DNA of 64,000 nucleotides from Octopus sinensis (GCF_006345805.1 NC_042998.1:114514001-114578000), one strand, 5' to 3'. Shown: positions 25,435-40,108, counted from the first letter of the stretch. Program-made: numbers and translations. The notes: a model not told the origin generated them from the sequence alone.

Positions 25435-25592
25435 GCATCTTTCAGTTTCCGTTTACCAAATCCACTCACAAGGCTTTGATCGGTCTGAGGCTATTTTACA
25501 AGACATTGGCCCAAGATACCATGCAGTGGGACTAAACCCGGAACCATGTGTTTGAGAATCTAGCTTCATACCACACTGCCATTCCTGCGCCT
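25195..25592 (-). mobile_element. SINE family B, full length
   Basis: Reverse complement of the family B consensus from head aggcgcaggaatggc to tail gactgaaacaagtaaaaga. Confidence 0.85.
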
Positions 25593-25600
25593 ATATAAAC

Positions 25601-25635
<35 letters not shown>

Positions 25636-25639
<4 letters not shown>

Positions 25640-25825
25640 GAAGTACAAACACAAAAGCGAACAAGAACAGGAGGACGTGGTACATGTAAAGTATTAGCAG
25701 ACGCGCAGGGAAGGGAAGAAATGCGGTTTTACATTTCGATCAATGCTCTTCTTCACTTTCAGGAGACAGGAAAGTCCAATAAAAAAAGAAGACGGAGGAA
25801 AAAAATCGCCAACGATTCACATGTA
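25636..25825 (-). mobile_element. Repeat family D, older copy
   Basis: Minus strand gaagaagagcattgatcgaaatgtaaaacc...ttccctgcgcgtctgctaatac...cttttgtgtttg, ending at (TA)n. Confidence 0.5.
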
Positions 25826-26623
25826 GCTACATAATATGTGTGTGTGTGTGTGTGTGTGGTGTGTGTGTTTGTGCTTGTGTGTTTGTGTTAGCGAGAGAGA
25901 TATATATATATAGAGAAAGAGAAAAGAAAGAGAAAGAGAGGGCGTGTGTGATGTGTTTATATGCGTGCTTTTGAGCCTCTGTCCTACGTCACTGCTTGAC
26001 AACTGATGGTGGTGTTCACGTCCCTTTATCATAGCGGTTCGGAAAAAAATGAAAATAATTACTGGGGTCGATAAGTTCGACTGAAATTCTTTAAGGTGAT
26101 GTCCCCAGCATTACCGCACTGAAACAATAAAAGTATATTAATCTAATATTAAGACCTCTCTCCCTCTCCCCTACCAGTATTAGCAACATCGATCCATCAC
26201 AAACAGCTCTCTTAACTTATTATTATCAGTATTAACAACATCCATACATCACTAACAGCCTTTACACTATCACCACTAATAGCAACACCATTCTATCACT
26301 AACAGTCTTCTTATCACTGCCACTATTAGCAATATCGATCCATCAAATACTGCCAAAACCATCCTTTCTAACATCACTAAAACCAAACCCCATAAAAACA
26401 ATACACTACCCATCACTAACATCAATATCAAAATCGAATATTATAATTAATATTTCTATATATTCTCTTCATCACCTCTGTCTGTTTCCATTTTCTCCTT
26501 TTCTTCATTTCTTTCTACATTTCTTCATTTTTCTTAAGATTCTTTTATTTTTTTATCATTCTGTTTCTTTTTGTCTTATTCTCTTTCTTTCTTTGTTTCT
26601 TGATTTCTATCTGTATATATATT

Positions 26624-26655
<32 letters not shown>

Positions 26656-27228
26656 TTATTATTATTATTATTATTATTATTGTTATTATTATTATTATTG
26701 TTATTGTTATTATTATTTTCATGCTATCTATTCTCCTCCGTCGCTATTAATAAGTGCCCGCCTCCCGTTCTTTATTTCCAAATTACTCATTATCGATAAA
26801 TGGTTGTAAATTGACGTCACTGCACACATACGCACGCACGCGCGCACATATTCGATTGTTCACACTTATACATACAGCTACTCTCTTCTTTCTCTCTCCA
26901 TCTACCTCTCTTCTTACATAAACCCACTCTCGCACCTACAAATATACACACAAACACTCTTATACACACTATCACTAGCATAAACATACACAAATGCCCA
27001 TGCATATTCACTTACAAATATGTGTATGCATATAATTTCTCTATATATAATCATTAGACAGCTAGGCAGTCACACAGATATATTTATATACATACATGCA
27101 TACACACAGACATATATATATATATAAATACATACATACAAACATATATATATATATATATATACATACATACGTATATGCAAAGACATGCATATTCATA
27201 TAACTATTCTTTTTCTGATATATATATA

Positions 27229-27284
<56 letters not shown>

Positions 27285-28182
27285 GATCTGTGTGTGTGTA
27301 TGTATATATAACTGAAAAAAATACTAAAAAAGCCTCATCTTTGATCACCAATAGCCTCCAGTGAAGACATCAACTGTGGCATTGATGATATATTTTCGTT
27401 TCCTATAAGTCCATTCTTTTGTTGTATGTTCTCAAAATAATTCTTGTTTCCAACAGCGATATTCTTTTCCACCTTCCCTCCAACCCGAAACCTCCTCTCA
27501 AGCACCCTCCTTCCACCTTAACCTTAAACATATTCTTACTAGATAACTACCTTCATTGAACCTCGTTTCCATATTTTCTTTTATGGTGGTTAATGAAAGT
27601 CATCAAGATGTTTTAATTATCTTTCACAGGAACCTCTTTATGCAACTATCTACTTACATACCCACCTACCTACAGGTAAATAGATATATATGTATGTATA
27701 CATGTAAGCATGTGTGTATCTAGTTAGCTGGGAAGATATATAGTTGCCTATTTATATATCCTTATTTCATCTTGTTTATTATTAGATGACGAACATTTCC
27801 GTAATAATAAAAGCCCTGTTGATTCTTCATACAACGTCACTTAACGGATTGGTAAACAATAAAAGAAACTGAAGACAACAGATTTAGAAAACGTAGAAAT
27901 AACGATTTCTGTCATTAGCACGAAGACACAAATACTGAAAACACGTGTCTGTAGCCGTCGATTAAAGCGATCTAAAAAGCCCCATTGACAATTATTTGAT
28001 TGTGTTTTATTGGTCAAAATTGCACTGAGAACCGACAGGAAAGAAAAATAATTTGCACTATCCAGTCAAGAATATCTTCCTGGGGTCTTCGTTAACAAAC
28101 ACTCTCTGCTTGTCCGGGAATTTTTCGAGAGGATACAAAGATTCCTGTTGCCTTCCTGCTGAGAGTTCATTTGTAAGCTTAC

Positions 28183-28203
28183 GTTTGTTGATTGTAGACA
28201 ATT
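28183..28203 (-). other. Candidate 21-nt microexon (unverified)
   Basis: Preceded on the minus strand by a ~55-nt polypyrimidine tract ending cacttag|; followed by donor AAC|GTAAGC; length divisible by 3. Confidence 0.25.
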
Positions 28204-28548
28204 CTAAGTGAGGAACAGAAAAGGAGAAAAAAATGGATGGAGGAAGAGAAGAAAGAAGAACCAAAACGAAGCATTTGGCTGTTACTTTATTTATTAAGCT
28301 ATAAATGCAAAGGTAAATTTGACTCAGGTGGGTTCTACACTTTCCTTTAGGAAATACAAAGCTATAGTTTGCATAAGCAGTCAGAACTCACATCTGCACG
28401 TATTAATCTTACAAAAATTTCTATTTATTCTTTTTCACCGCTTACTCATGTTATATTGAATACTCATAAGATTTATATTATTTTGATGGAAGGACAACCA
28501 ACTCATTTAGTATTATCTTCATATTATACAGATTATTTCTCTTAATTA

Positions 28549-29874
28549 TTGGGTCATCACATAAATAATGCGGTTTTTTCAGTTCCATGGAACAAAAGTC
28601 GGAATGGGGCATCAACTTGCTATAAAACTAAGTAGCAATTTACCGAGTGCTTATTCTTAGAGAAAGTTTTGAAGAGTGCAGTTCGATTTTAACAGTTATT
28701 TTTTCAAAGTTATAATGGAAGTTACAAAGGAACATATTCGGCATATTTTGCTTTATGAGTTCAATAAAGGAAACAGCGCAACGGAAAGTGCGAGAAATAT
28801 TAATGCAGTATATGGGGATTGGACAATAAGCGTAAGCCCGTGTCAACGGTGGTTCCAGAAACTCCCAGCCGAAAACTACAGCCTACAAGACGAACCTCGT
28901 CCTGGAAGATCTGTAGAGCTCGACGAGCACGTCCTGCAAAATTTGGTGGAACAAAATCCCATCGTGAATGTTGAGGAACTAGCAGAGAAGCTTGGATTTG
29001 ATCATTCAACCCTTCGTCGACGCCTGCGTACCATCGGAAAAGTCAGCAAATTTGGGTCTATGCGTTCCTCACAAACTTACCGAATCTAGCCGCGAGCAGG
29101 GAGTGAATGTGTGCTCTTGTTTACTATCACGTCTCACGAATGAACCTTTTTTTAGACCCAGTGGTGACTGGTGACGAGAAATGGGTCCTTTATAAAAATG
29201 TCAAGCGTCGAAGTGAGTGGGTAGGGAAAGGAGAAACAGCAGCACCCCAGGCTAAAGAAGGTCTTCACCCACGTAAATTGTTGTTACCTGTTTGGGGTGA
29301 TCTAAAAGGTTTAGTCCACTTTGAACAATTAAGCTCAAATCAAACGATAACAAAGGAGATCTACTGCGAGTAGCTTGAGCTGCTTAAGTCAGCGCCGGAA
29401 GAAAAAAACGACCATCTTTGGTCTGAAGACGAAGGGTGTTTTTCAATCAGGATAATGCTCGGCCACATACAGCGAGGTTGACATTCCAAAGTCTGGAATA
29501 GTTTGAATGGGAAACGATGCCGCACCCACCATATTCACCGGACGTTGCTCCATCTGATTATTATGCATTCCGCAATCATCAAAATCATTTGGCCGGAAAA
29601 ACTATGACTTCTGTAGACGAGGTCAGAACAATACTGGAAGAGTATTTTTCGTCACGGACAATTGAAATTTGGAAGATGGGCCTTACAAATCTACCATATA
29701 GTCTACCATATTGATGGAAGAGAATTGTAGAAAATGAAGGAGAGTATATTTTAGGTTAAAAAAGAATTTGTTTTATTTTAATTTTGCCAAAATAAAAGAA
29801 GTATAAAATACTTCAATATTTATGGTATAAAATAATTCAGTATAAAATATTTCAATATTTATGGGATGACCCAA
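28549..29874 (+). mobile_element. Full-length mariner, Mos1/Hsmar1-like, transposase inactivated
   Basis: TIRs ttgggtcatc(a/c)cataaata with TA at 28547-28548 and 29875-29876. Peptides MEVTKEHIRHILLYEFNKG, DEPRPGR, CVPHKL, VTGDEKWVLY, QDNARPH, HPPYSPDVAPSDY; frameshifts and stops. Confidence 0.93.
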
Positions 29875-30550
29875 TATGAACGAAGTATTTCATATGAGGG
29901 AGACTTGATTGCTATTTTTAGCAGGTCGATCGACTCATAAAATTTTATTTATCAAGTGAGGATAATCTATATTTATAAGTGAACTTTAGTCCAAAAGTGA
30001 GTTTTGAAATATTTTGAAATATTCTTTTCAAATTTAGATACAAAGCCAAACGATTTCGGTGCTGTGTCACGTCGATCTAGACGAACCCACAGCTTCAGTG
30101 GTGTTTGCTTCAACAAAAGCGGAGAGGACGAAACACAATGTAAGCCTAGACAGATTTTGAATCCAAAGCCTAATGCTTCTTCTTATATTTTGTGTATTAC
30201 TGACTCTAATATGCGCCATCATGGCGTGTTTTAAATATCATATTTGTAACAGCTGACTTCTAACATGATAAATAACATCAACAAGGTAATTTTTCTTTTC
30301 AGTGGAGCATTTCTAACAAAATATACATGGAGAATTTTCATTTTATTAGATATTTTCTGTCATACAGAATAAAAGACTCATATGATGTGTGTGTGAGTGT
30401 GTGTGAGAGTGTGTTTGTGTGCGTATACGTGAGTGGGCTCGCGTGTATGTATGAAGCAACATATTCTGTATCTGTGAGTATTTAGAGTAGAATTTCAATA
30501 TATGTGAAACTCTGAATATCTGCAAATATGTTTTAAAATGTGAGCGTCAC

Positions 30551-30827
<277 letters not shown>

Positions 30828-30992
30828 GAAATCATGTGTGTCGATATATATATATATGTATGTGTGTGTGTATATATGTACATATATGTATATGTATATA
30901 TATGTATATACACACTCACTCATATATGTAAGCATACATTTATAAACATTGTATTCATACAAATACACCACAATCTCCAAATATATACATAA

Positions 30993-31033
<41 letters not shown>

Positions 31034-32058
31034 TAAAAGCAGGGCTGGTGAAATGCGTGTATATATGTACAACCATATGTATGCCTGCATACTCATATGA
31101 AAATATGGGTTTTCTTTACTTCTTTTCTGTATAAAAACATATGCATATAGCGTCACGTTTATTCGTGAACACAACCACACATAACCGAACACAGAAATAC
31201 ACACGCGTACATACATACGTAATAACAATAAATGCATTTAAGTATTTTCATATGCAAGAAAACATTCAGCTAATTTTGTATATTTATGCCCATTATTATT
31301 TATATATTTTTGCCCGAATATGCACGTACATACATAAATACATATATAAATAATAGAAACATATATACATACACTTACACACACATCAGATTATACATAA
31401 TACATAATACAATAAAATATATTCGGTTAGAGTAAAAAAAAATGATAAATAATAAAAGAAATCATGAGTAACAAGTTGTAAATAGCACTGAACGGTCTTT
31501 AAATTCGTAACATTTTACCGAAATATCTTTAGTATTCTTAGTTATGAATAGTGGCATTCAGAAATGACGTTAGTAACGTGTGTATCACATAGAGTGATAG
31601 CATTGTTCAGAGAAGACATAAATGATGTTGACATTATAATGTGGCTATATCGCATTGGTCCAGCTGAAATACAATAGCTATTGTTACTGCCCTTAGGTGA
31701 GAGTTATCTTCCCATTACGCTTATGGTAATATTCCGCCTTTTGTCAGCAAACGTAAATGAAGAATGCTGAAGGCTAAATATGGATATGTATCTCAACTGT
31801 ATTATCTACGTTATTTTCATATTCATTATCAAGCTTGTATTATCGGGCATTATTCATTCTATGTGTAAATATGGTATATAAATATATATGTATTTCTCAT
31901 TTTTCTCTCGATACACTCACAACATACACATAAACGTACACACATACACATAAGCATGTACTACATTCGTAAATGTGCATATTTCTGTTTATATGCGCTT
32001 AGTCGTATGTTTGTATATATATTTATACGTATGAATATATAAATATACATATATATGC

Positions 32059-32099
<41 letters not shown>

Positions 32100-32224
32100 C
32101 ATACATACATACATATATATATATATATACATATATATATGCATATATATATTTATATATATATATATATATACAGTACATATAATACACATACATATAT
32201 TATGCATATGTATACACACACACG

Positions 32225-32255
<31 letters not shown>

Positions 32256-32860
32256 GTATATTTTACAAATGTACTGGTATGTCGATATGTATGGGAGAAT
32301 TTGTCACTTACGGAAGCATATTCTTACTTTAATTTACATTACGTGCAATATATAGAGATATACTTATAGTAAACCTATGCACAAAAATAAAGACAACAAT
32401 AATACAAATATGTACAAACACTAATACGCACACAAAATCACATACATCCCACGCGCACATAGACAAATCCAAGCAAACAGACAAACTCACACACTCGCAT
32501 AGAGTGAAACCTGAGGTTTTAGTAGACACACATCTTACCTTTACTACTAAATGTAGATACCTTAGTTTATATCTAGTAACTTTTATCGAGTACCAATTTA
32601 TCTAGTGCGTGCGTTGAAGTACATATGTATATATAATATATATCTATATATGTGTGTGTGTAAATATAATATATATATATATATATATATATAAAACAAT
32701 AGGTCAAGGCGGTGCCCCAGCATGGCCAGAGTATAATGACTGCAAAAGCCCGATAGATAGAAGGATATGCATGCACACACACATATCTATATATATATAT
32801 ACACACATACACAAATATATATATATATATATATATATAAATGTGTGTGTGTGTGTGTGT

Positions 32861-33150
32861 GGAGGCGCAATGGCCCAGTGGTTAGGGCAGGGGACTCGCG
32901 GCTTCGATTCCCAGACCGGGCGTTGTGAGTGTTTATTGAGCGAAAACACCTAAAGCTCCACGAGGCTCCGGCAGGGAGTGGTGACGATCCCTGCTGTACT
33001 CTTTCGCCACAACTTTCTCTCACTCTTTCTTCTGTTGGCCTGCTCTCTTAGCCAGCGGGGTGGCGTCATTTGAAGGCTAAAACAATACGAAGTGCATTGT
33101 GATCTGTAGCAACATCTGATAGCCTGGTCGGTCACGGTGATCATGGTGAT
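32861..33150 (+). mobile_element. SINE family C head with tail 1
   Basis: ggaggcgcaatggcccagtggttaggg...gcttcgattccc; same body as 13645-13994 up to ctctttcttc, then a different tail ending gtgatcatggtgat. Confidence 0.85.
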
Positions 33151-33194
33151 ATATATATATATATATATATAATATATATATATATGTATGCGTA

Positions 33195-33587
33195 TCTTTT
33201 GCAGTCATTATATTCCAATCATGCTGGGGCACCACCTTGTTTTATTTGAATGAATCGATCCACTACTTATTTCTTGTCAGATCCAATACTTACTGTATCG
33301 TTCTCTATTGCTCAACCGCTAATTTACGGGGATGTACACATACCAACACCGGTTGTCTTGTGGTAGTGGTGGGACAACCATGAACTCAAAGACACACACA
33401 CACACATGCGCGTGCGCAAATACGCCCACGCATATATACCCAACGAGCTTCTTTGAGTTTCCGTCTACCAAATCCACTCACAAGGTTTTGGTCGTCTACA
33501 ATCGAAGACGCTTGCCCAAGGTACCACACAGTGAGTCGGAACCCGGAAACATTTAGTTGGGAAGTAAGCTTCTTCCCATACAGCCTT
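33195..33587 (-). mobile_element. SINE family B, degenerate full length
   Basis: gtttccgtctaccaaatccactcacaagg, cttgcccaagg and catgctggggcaccacc motifs in reverse orientation. Confidence 0.75.
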
Positions 33588-35329
33588 TTTTAATTCTCTC
33601 TATCTTAATGACTCCTGATTTTTAGTTATATACATATAAGCGCATAATCCAAATGTAAATTTTGTATCATTTGATTTTCTGCTTGAAGAATTTCTCGTAG
33701 GAGGTACCTTACATGTTCTCACTGCATGTACAATTCTGTAACTCCTATTAAGCAAGTATAACGTGTGTAATGGAGCGTATATAATACCAACAATTTTTCT
33801 AAGCTCATGTTTTGTTATAAACTTACTCTGCAAAAGTATATCATCCAGTATTTTCATCTCTTATGCATACCTGTGAGGTATGCATAATGTAACATTTACA
33901 CACAGATTTGAAATACTGGATTATGATGTGCTTCAAGGGGACACAGCTTGGATTTTAACCCTATCTACTTAACACACACACACACACACGCGCGCGCGCA
34001 TACAAATAAATTTATCGAAATGTAAGGAAACTTTACTGTCTATGATTATAGTACGCATTCATTTAGCCTAGCTACTAAAAGAAGATTTCCTGATGAAACC
34101 GTAGCGTTTGCAACCTTTGCCAACAAAAAGTTGATGGATTTGCTTAGTTTTAAAGCTTTTAACACTAGATTTATCAATAGCAATATCCCTCTTAGATACT
34201 CTGTTATAGATACAACTGAAACAACTATTTATGTATCCCATATATCACAAAGCTTCATTACACATATGCACTCGGAATTTGTGAATAGTTATCAGCCAAA
34301 GCCTTTTCTGTATATCAAGCAGCAGAGCACCGATTATCAATATTTCTCGATTCCGTATATATAAAATAGTATATCAAAAGTATTATGGCGTATCAGTTTT
34401 TAAAAGCCTTACTAAATGAAAAGCGCTTAAATGGTGTAAATTAACTATGCACGAACGCGTTACACTTCGTTACAAATAGGCACGCTTGTACCGGTGTGGT
34501 GCATTGAAAAAGCTCAAATTTTCTAAATATTTGGATTGTTTTAGAGTGGTTTTAAAAGTTCACGATATACCACAAACCACATACAGCACGCACGTGTGTT
34601 ACAAGACAGAGGTTAAAAACTTCTTAGGGTTTGATTTGTCCGTGACTTGGCTGCTATTTCTAATATATCAGAAAAGAATATAGAAACTTCTACACTGATT
34701 CATGTTTTATATGATTGCTGAACAGGGATACGACAATCATATTTAGCAATAAAAATAAAAATAAACGAACTAAGGGGAGTAATTGGAGTAGACGAGTATC
34801 ATGAACTAACTTGAGAGAAAACTTACTTATTTGTCGAAAGAGAAAAAAACACTGTTAACGAATGAGAAATAAAGAAGATAATAGCTAGAAATTAGAAATT
34901 AAAATGATACAAAGTTGTTGCTTGATAAGAATATTAGGATTATCTTAAAAGCATATAAAACATTTTTAAGAATAATTAGCAATTTTTCGAAATTATCTCC
35001 CTTTGTTTTAAGGGTCAATAACAATTATTGATAGATTTTGGTTTTATTTCTCCTAAAATGATGCAATCAAGCTTGATTCTTCAAATAAAGTCCAAATTTA
35101 TCACTAAAAATATAAATTGGTTTTTCCTTCCAAGAATGTAAATGAATTTATTTTAAAATTATTTCTTATTTTCTTAAATTTTCTCCACTCTTCATTGTGA
35201 GACATTAACAGTGACCTCGATGTTTTGTATTCTTTTAGCGCCTAAGAGGAAAATTGAAGTTAATGGCGAATCTTTTCTGTGAACATTTACTACATATCTC
35301 ATTCATTTAATAGTTTATTAATATATAAG

Positions 35330-35545
35330 ACGACGAGCTAGCAGAATCGTTTATCACGTCGGACGAAATGCTGAACTGCATTTCGTCCATCTTCACGTTC
35401 TGAGTTCAAATTCTAGCGATGTCGACTTTGTCCTTCATTCTTTCAGTGTCAATAAAATAAATACCAGTTACATACTGGGTTTGGTCAAATAAACGAACCC
35501 CTTCCACCGAAAGTTCAGGCTTTGTGCGAAAATTTGAAATTAATA
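35330..35545 (+). mobile_element. SINE family A with alternative tail
   Basis: gacgagctagcagaatcgtt...ttctgagttcaaattc...gtcgactttg...tail ggctttgtgcgaaaatttgaaa. Confidence 0.75.
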
Positions 35546-36296
35546 TTTTATGAATATTAACATTCAGCAATGTAATGGGTGATAGCATAAAAGAACTGAG
35601 GAAAAGAATTACATTATTCAGTTACGAATACTAACAAGTCTACCCATCAACGATGGAGGCATAAAATGAGGGAGGGAAGTCATAACAGCAGTATGCATTG
35701 AGAAATGTGTAACTGGACTTGGTAGATTACTGGGTGATGTCCTAGAGAAATTACCTTATTGTTGGTGAACAGCATTCTGTTGCAACTATATGAGATGTGT
35801 TTGCGACTGACATATGATGACGATTCACTGCCGAACTAATATAGATTCCCAGTCTATTTCTCTAACATGAATGGTTATGTGGACCACACCTAACGAAAGC
35901 CAGAGTATCCTTCGACCACTTCATACAAAGTATTAAGAAAAAAATGTTATTTAGATATAATTTTATTTTAGTTGCTTAGACTTTATTTTAGTTGTTTACG
36001 TTTGTTTATACTCTCATACTTTCAAAGTTCACAAATTTCCTTATTTAAATTTTGAATCATATTCGTTTCGATAATATCAATATGATTACAAAACTTCTTT
36101 GTAAACAATATTTTCAGTTTGGCCGACACTAATTTTCAAATTACTAGTCCCTTGCTCTAATCATGGCGACGTATAACTGGCCGTGTGTAAACAAGAGAAT
36201 CCTTAAAAATACACCTACACGAGGGGGAAATCCAGAGTTAATCCACGAGGTGGAATTTTAACAAAAAAAGTCAATGATTTATTAATAAAGATTTAT

Positions 36297-36707
36297 AGGC
36301 GTAGGATTGGCTGTGTGGTAAGTAGCTTGCTTACCAACCACATGGTTCCGGATTCAGTCCCACTGCGTGCGACCTTGGGCAAGTCTTCTACTATAGCCTT
36401 TGGCTGACCAAAGCTTTGTGAGTGGATTTGGTCGACAGAAACTGAAAGAAGCCTGTCGTATATATGTATATATAATGTATGTGTGTGTATAAATTTGTGT
36501 GTCTGTGTTTGTTCCCCCTCCAACATCACTTGACAATTGATGCTGGTGTGTTTACGTCCCCGTAACATAGCAGTTCGGCAAAATAGACCGATAGAATAAG
36601 TACTAGGCTTACAAAGAATAAGTCCTAGGGTTGATTTGCTCGACTAAAGGCGGTGCTCCAGCATGCCCACAGTCAAATGACTGAAACAAGTAAAAGAGTA
36701 AAAGAGT
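36297..36707 (+). mobile_element. SINE family B, full length
   Basis: Complete head, core, microsatellite and tail, ending (gtaaaaga)2. Confidence 0.88.
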
Positions 36708-36734
36708 AATACAAAACTCAATATCCACTAAATA

Positions 36735-36900
36735 ATCGTATTTTTTTACATTTTCCCGCTACAAATCTTCCTGATTACCTCCGTATTCCCGAAAAACATC
36801 TTGACCTTTGGTGCAGCCGTTTAACCGCGAAGAGGGAACAGACTGACAGAGGGACAGACACACGGACATAGCGCCCATTATAGATTTAGAGTATAGATTT
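36735..36900 (+). mobile_element. Possible Lep1-like Helitron-derived 3' end
   Basis: gcagccgtttaaccgcgaag, then (gaca)-like repeats, then ...ttatagatttagagtatagat; resembles the recalled layout of Lep1-type elements. Confidence 0.3.
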
Positions 36901-38669
36901 CAATGCAACCGTTATCGATATTGTTAACATTCGGTAAGTCATGGGCAAGTATGGTGTATGTGTTGTGAATCTGTGGGTTTGTGTTAAATGCCACTCTTGT
37001 TTTTAATGCCGTCACCAAAGGTAAAAAGGCATAGATATGTGACAGTTTTGGGTCTCCGAGAATTGGAGGTGGTCTAGCTCTAACTCGTACTTGAGTGGAC
37101 CCCACTGAAGGTACGCGCGACTGAGGTATCTTTGTTAAACCAGACCAGAGATAAAATGTATCACTCAGGTTAGCCTTAATCAAACAGATATAGAATCAAT
37201 GCCGTTGCCTTCCTTTAGTACTACATACGTACGACTACATTAACTATTGTTGCCATCTTTTTTTCTCCAGACAGTAGGTTGTAATGTGAAGGAATTCGAC
37301 ATATATTTCTGATATATCAGATGATTATATGTAGGCTTCCCCGTTGATAAATGTGGTAATGATAGATATAAGAAGCGATATCAGTGATATTATTTGTTTG
37401 TTGAAAACTGTTTCGAAAACAAGAATATTTATCAACTAGAAAGTTTCGTACATAAACACAAAATTATTGGATTAAATACAACGTGTAAGAAAATTCATTT
37501 GAAGGTTAAAACATGGTAAAAATCTATTACATTCCAACTATTAATGAATACCATTTATCGTTTCTATACGATTCAATGATAGTGTTGCTTATTTCATGAT
37601 AAGAAAATATTTCTAATTTCCTTGCAGCAAAAACAAATACCATACAAGGTAACATGTCTTATCAGTATAGAAGAATATTTTTCACAAACTGAAATCTCAA
37701 AGGTTGAATTAAAGAAGATAGAGTGTGATACAATAAGAAGCAAAATAGTCTACCAAAACAAAAATGAAAATTTAGCTTTTTCTAGCAAATATTTGTTCTA
37801 GGGTAAAAATAACTGAGATATACTGATTTCATTTTTATATACACATATCTCTGTCTCCCTCTCTCCTTCTCTCTCCCTTCTCCTTCTCCCTCTTCTTCTC
37901 TCTCTATATATGTATATACGCAGGTTGTGTATGTGTATAAATACTTACCTATGTGCATATGTATCTTATCTCTCTATACATACATATATGTGTTTGTGAA
38001 AGTGTGTGTATGTATCATTAAAAATAGACTCATACAATTACACACATAAATGAATTTATTGTGTATCTGTGCATTAAGGAGAAACTAAAGGAAAGTATTG
38101 TTATATATCTAACTTCTAGAAACACTAACTGTTCAGGGCATATAATATATGTCCGTATTAATATACAAGACTAGTTATTTTTTTATTTTGTTAATCTAAA
38201 GGATTACATTTGAGGAGGTTGCTAGAAACTCAACAGGATTAAAAACAAAATCAGTCAAATGGACCGTATTTCGGTTCAATGACTACCTAGCAATATAAGG
38301 GGCTCTCAGAAATCCCGGGTCATTGTCCACCGTGTTAGAAGACTACGGTTAGTGAGGCACCCCATAGCGTTTATTAAAGTGTGTTTCTTGGACGAAGGTC
38401 ACTCTGATGTAAGACCAGCTATGTATGGATTGGCTCTGACTTGTCTTTGGATCATTTAAGTAGGAGGGAAAGGATCTGTGTGGTGTTGTGCAAGCCTTAT
38501 TGGACCTGATACTTTACGTTGTGCAATAGCCGGTCGAGTAGGAGGGCGTCGCATCAAGCATGGAAGCTGCGGGTGCGACCTGGATGAGTCTGATTGTAGG
38601 AGCAATAACCTCATGAACGTAAACAAACAAACGAAATTTGCTTTAGAAGCGTTGAGATGTCTTAGAAAG

Positions 38670-38718
<49 letters not shown>

Positions 38719-39399
38719 ATATATATACACATATATACATATATAATTAAAAGATAAATCATTAAAATTAAAGAATTTTATCAGTGGCCAGCAAATAAAA
38801 AAACCTTTTAAATAATATACATATAGAGATATATAATTGTATATGGTATAATTATATTTAAGGACACAGAAGCTACCATGCCTGTATGCTGAAAGAAGAC
38901 GCCGAATACTCCAACCACTTCAAATATTCACTCCACTTATATACACAAGCTGAAAGCGGGAAAGCAGACTGACTACAAATGCATAAAATAATTCAGGTAG
39001 TTTTGAATTGATCAATTTCTGGATTAGTTAAAATTTCCCCCCTCATCAGCAAAACATACTGAACGAAATAAATGAAAATATTTATACACACCCACAGAAA
39101 ATTCACAAATATATACGCATCAAATTTCGCAGTCCGCCTCAACACGTGTTATTTGGTCGGAATTGTACAGAAGTAAATAAACTGGTCTGTACTATTTTGA
39201 ACAAATACACACATGTTGAGGTGCACTGCGAAATTCGATATTTGGGAATATTTGCATTTTTGCTTTTCTGTGGGTAAGTACACACACACACGCATGCGTG
39301 CATATATATGCATGTATATATATATATATATATAATTGTATATGTCTTTTGAAACGTGCATATACATATAGAAGGCCACATAAATATACTATTTGTCTT

Positions 39400-39980
39400 G
39401 AGAAAGCTTCTCTTATTGACGTGTAGTGCTAAAAGTCATAGAGGTTTATCAGTATCAGACAAACTTTTCCAGCAGGTGTAGTGAAATTGCTAAACCATGA
39501 TTATTATGCCTTTCAACATCATCACTAGCGACTATCGACTATCCAAGATCAGTTCATGAATTTTCGTGACGTTTTCATTCGTTCGGCAGGTCGTCGGTCG
39601 CCCTGAACAAGATTGGTCTTCAAGAGACAATGACCATTCCTAAAGCGTCGAAACATCTCGTTAGCTTGTGCTTTGTTCATGACAGAGTCCTTGTAAGTTT
39701 GAAGTATGACGACAGTTTCGGCTGCCGTTTTCTCCAGCATAACATAGAATTTCAAGGAAACATGCTGTTTCTTCGTTTCAGCCATTTTAAAAATCGACGA
39801 CCAAGGGAGAAGCACTGCCAAACAAAGACGCACCACGTGGCAGTACGACTCAACTCAACGATGCCGGTTGGCAGACTGATGCCTGAGGGTTGCATCAAGT
39901 GGCTTCTAGCAGCAGAACCTTGAACTACAGCAGGTTTGACCCACAGAGAACGTTTCCACTTACTCTTGGGTAACCCCTTG
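39400..39980 (-). mobile_element. Mariner 5' relic with internal deletion
   Basis: Terminus caaggggttacccaag next to TA (39981-39982); minus ORF MAETKKQHVSLKFYVMLEKTAAETVVIL...FRRFRNG (HTH), then a KGII-like remnant. Confidence 0.7.
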
Positions 39981-40010
39981 TATGATTGTGCGTCTTATGT
40001 TTTTAAACAT

Positions 40011-40108
<98 letters not shown>

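Noticed and set aside
34085-34110. ctgatgaaac as a hammerhead core
   Set aside because: No helix II between CUGAUGA and GAAA, and no pairing flanks.
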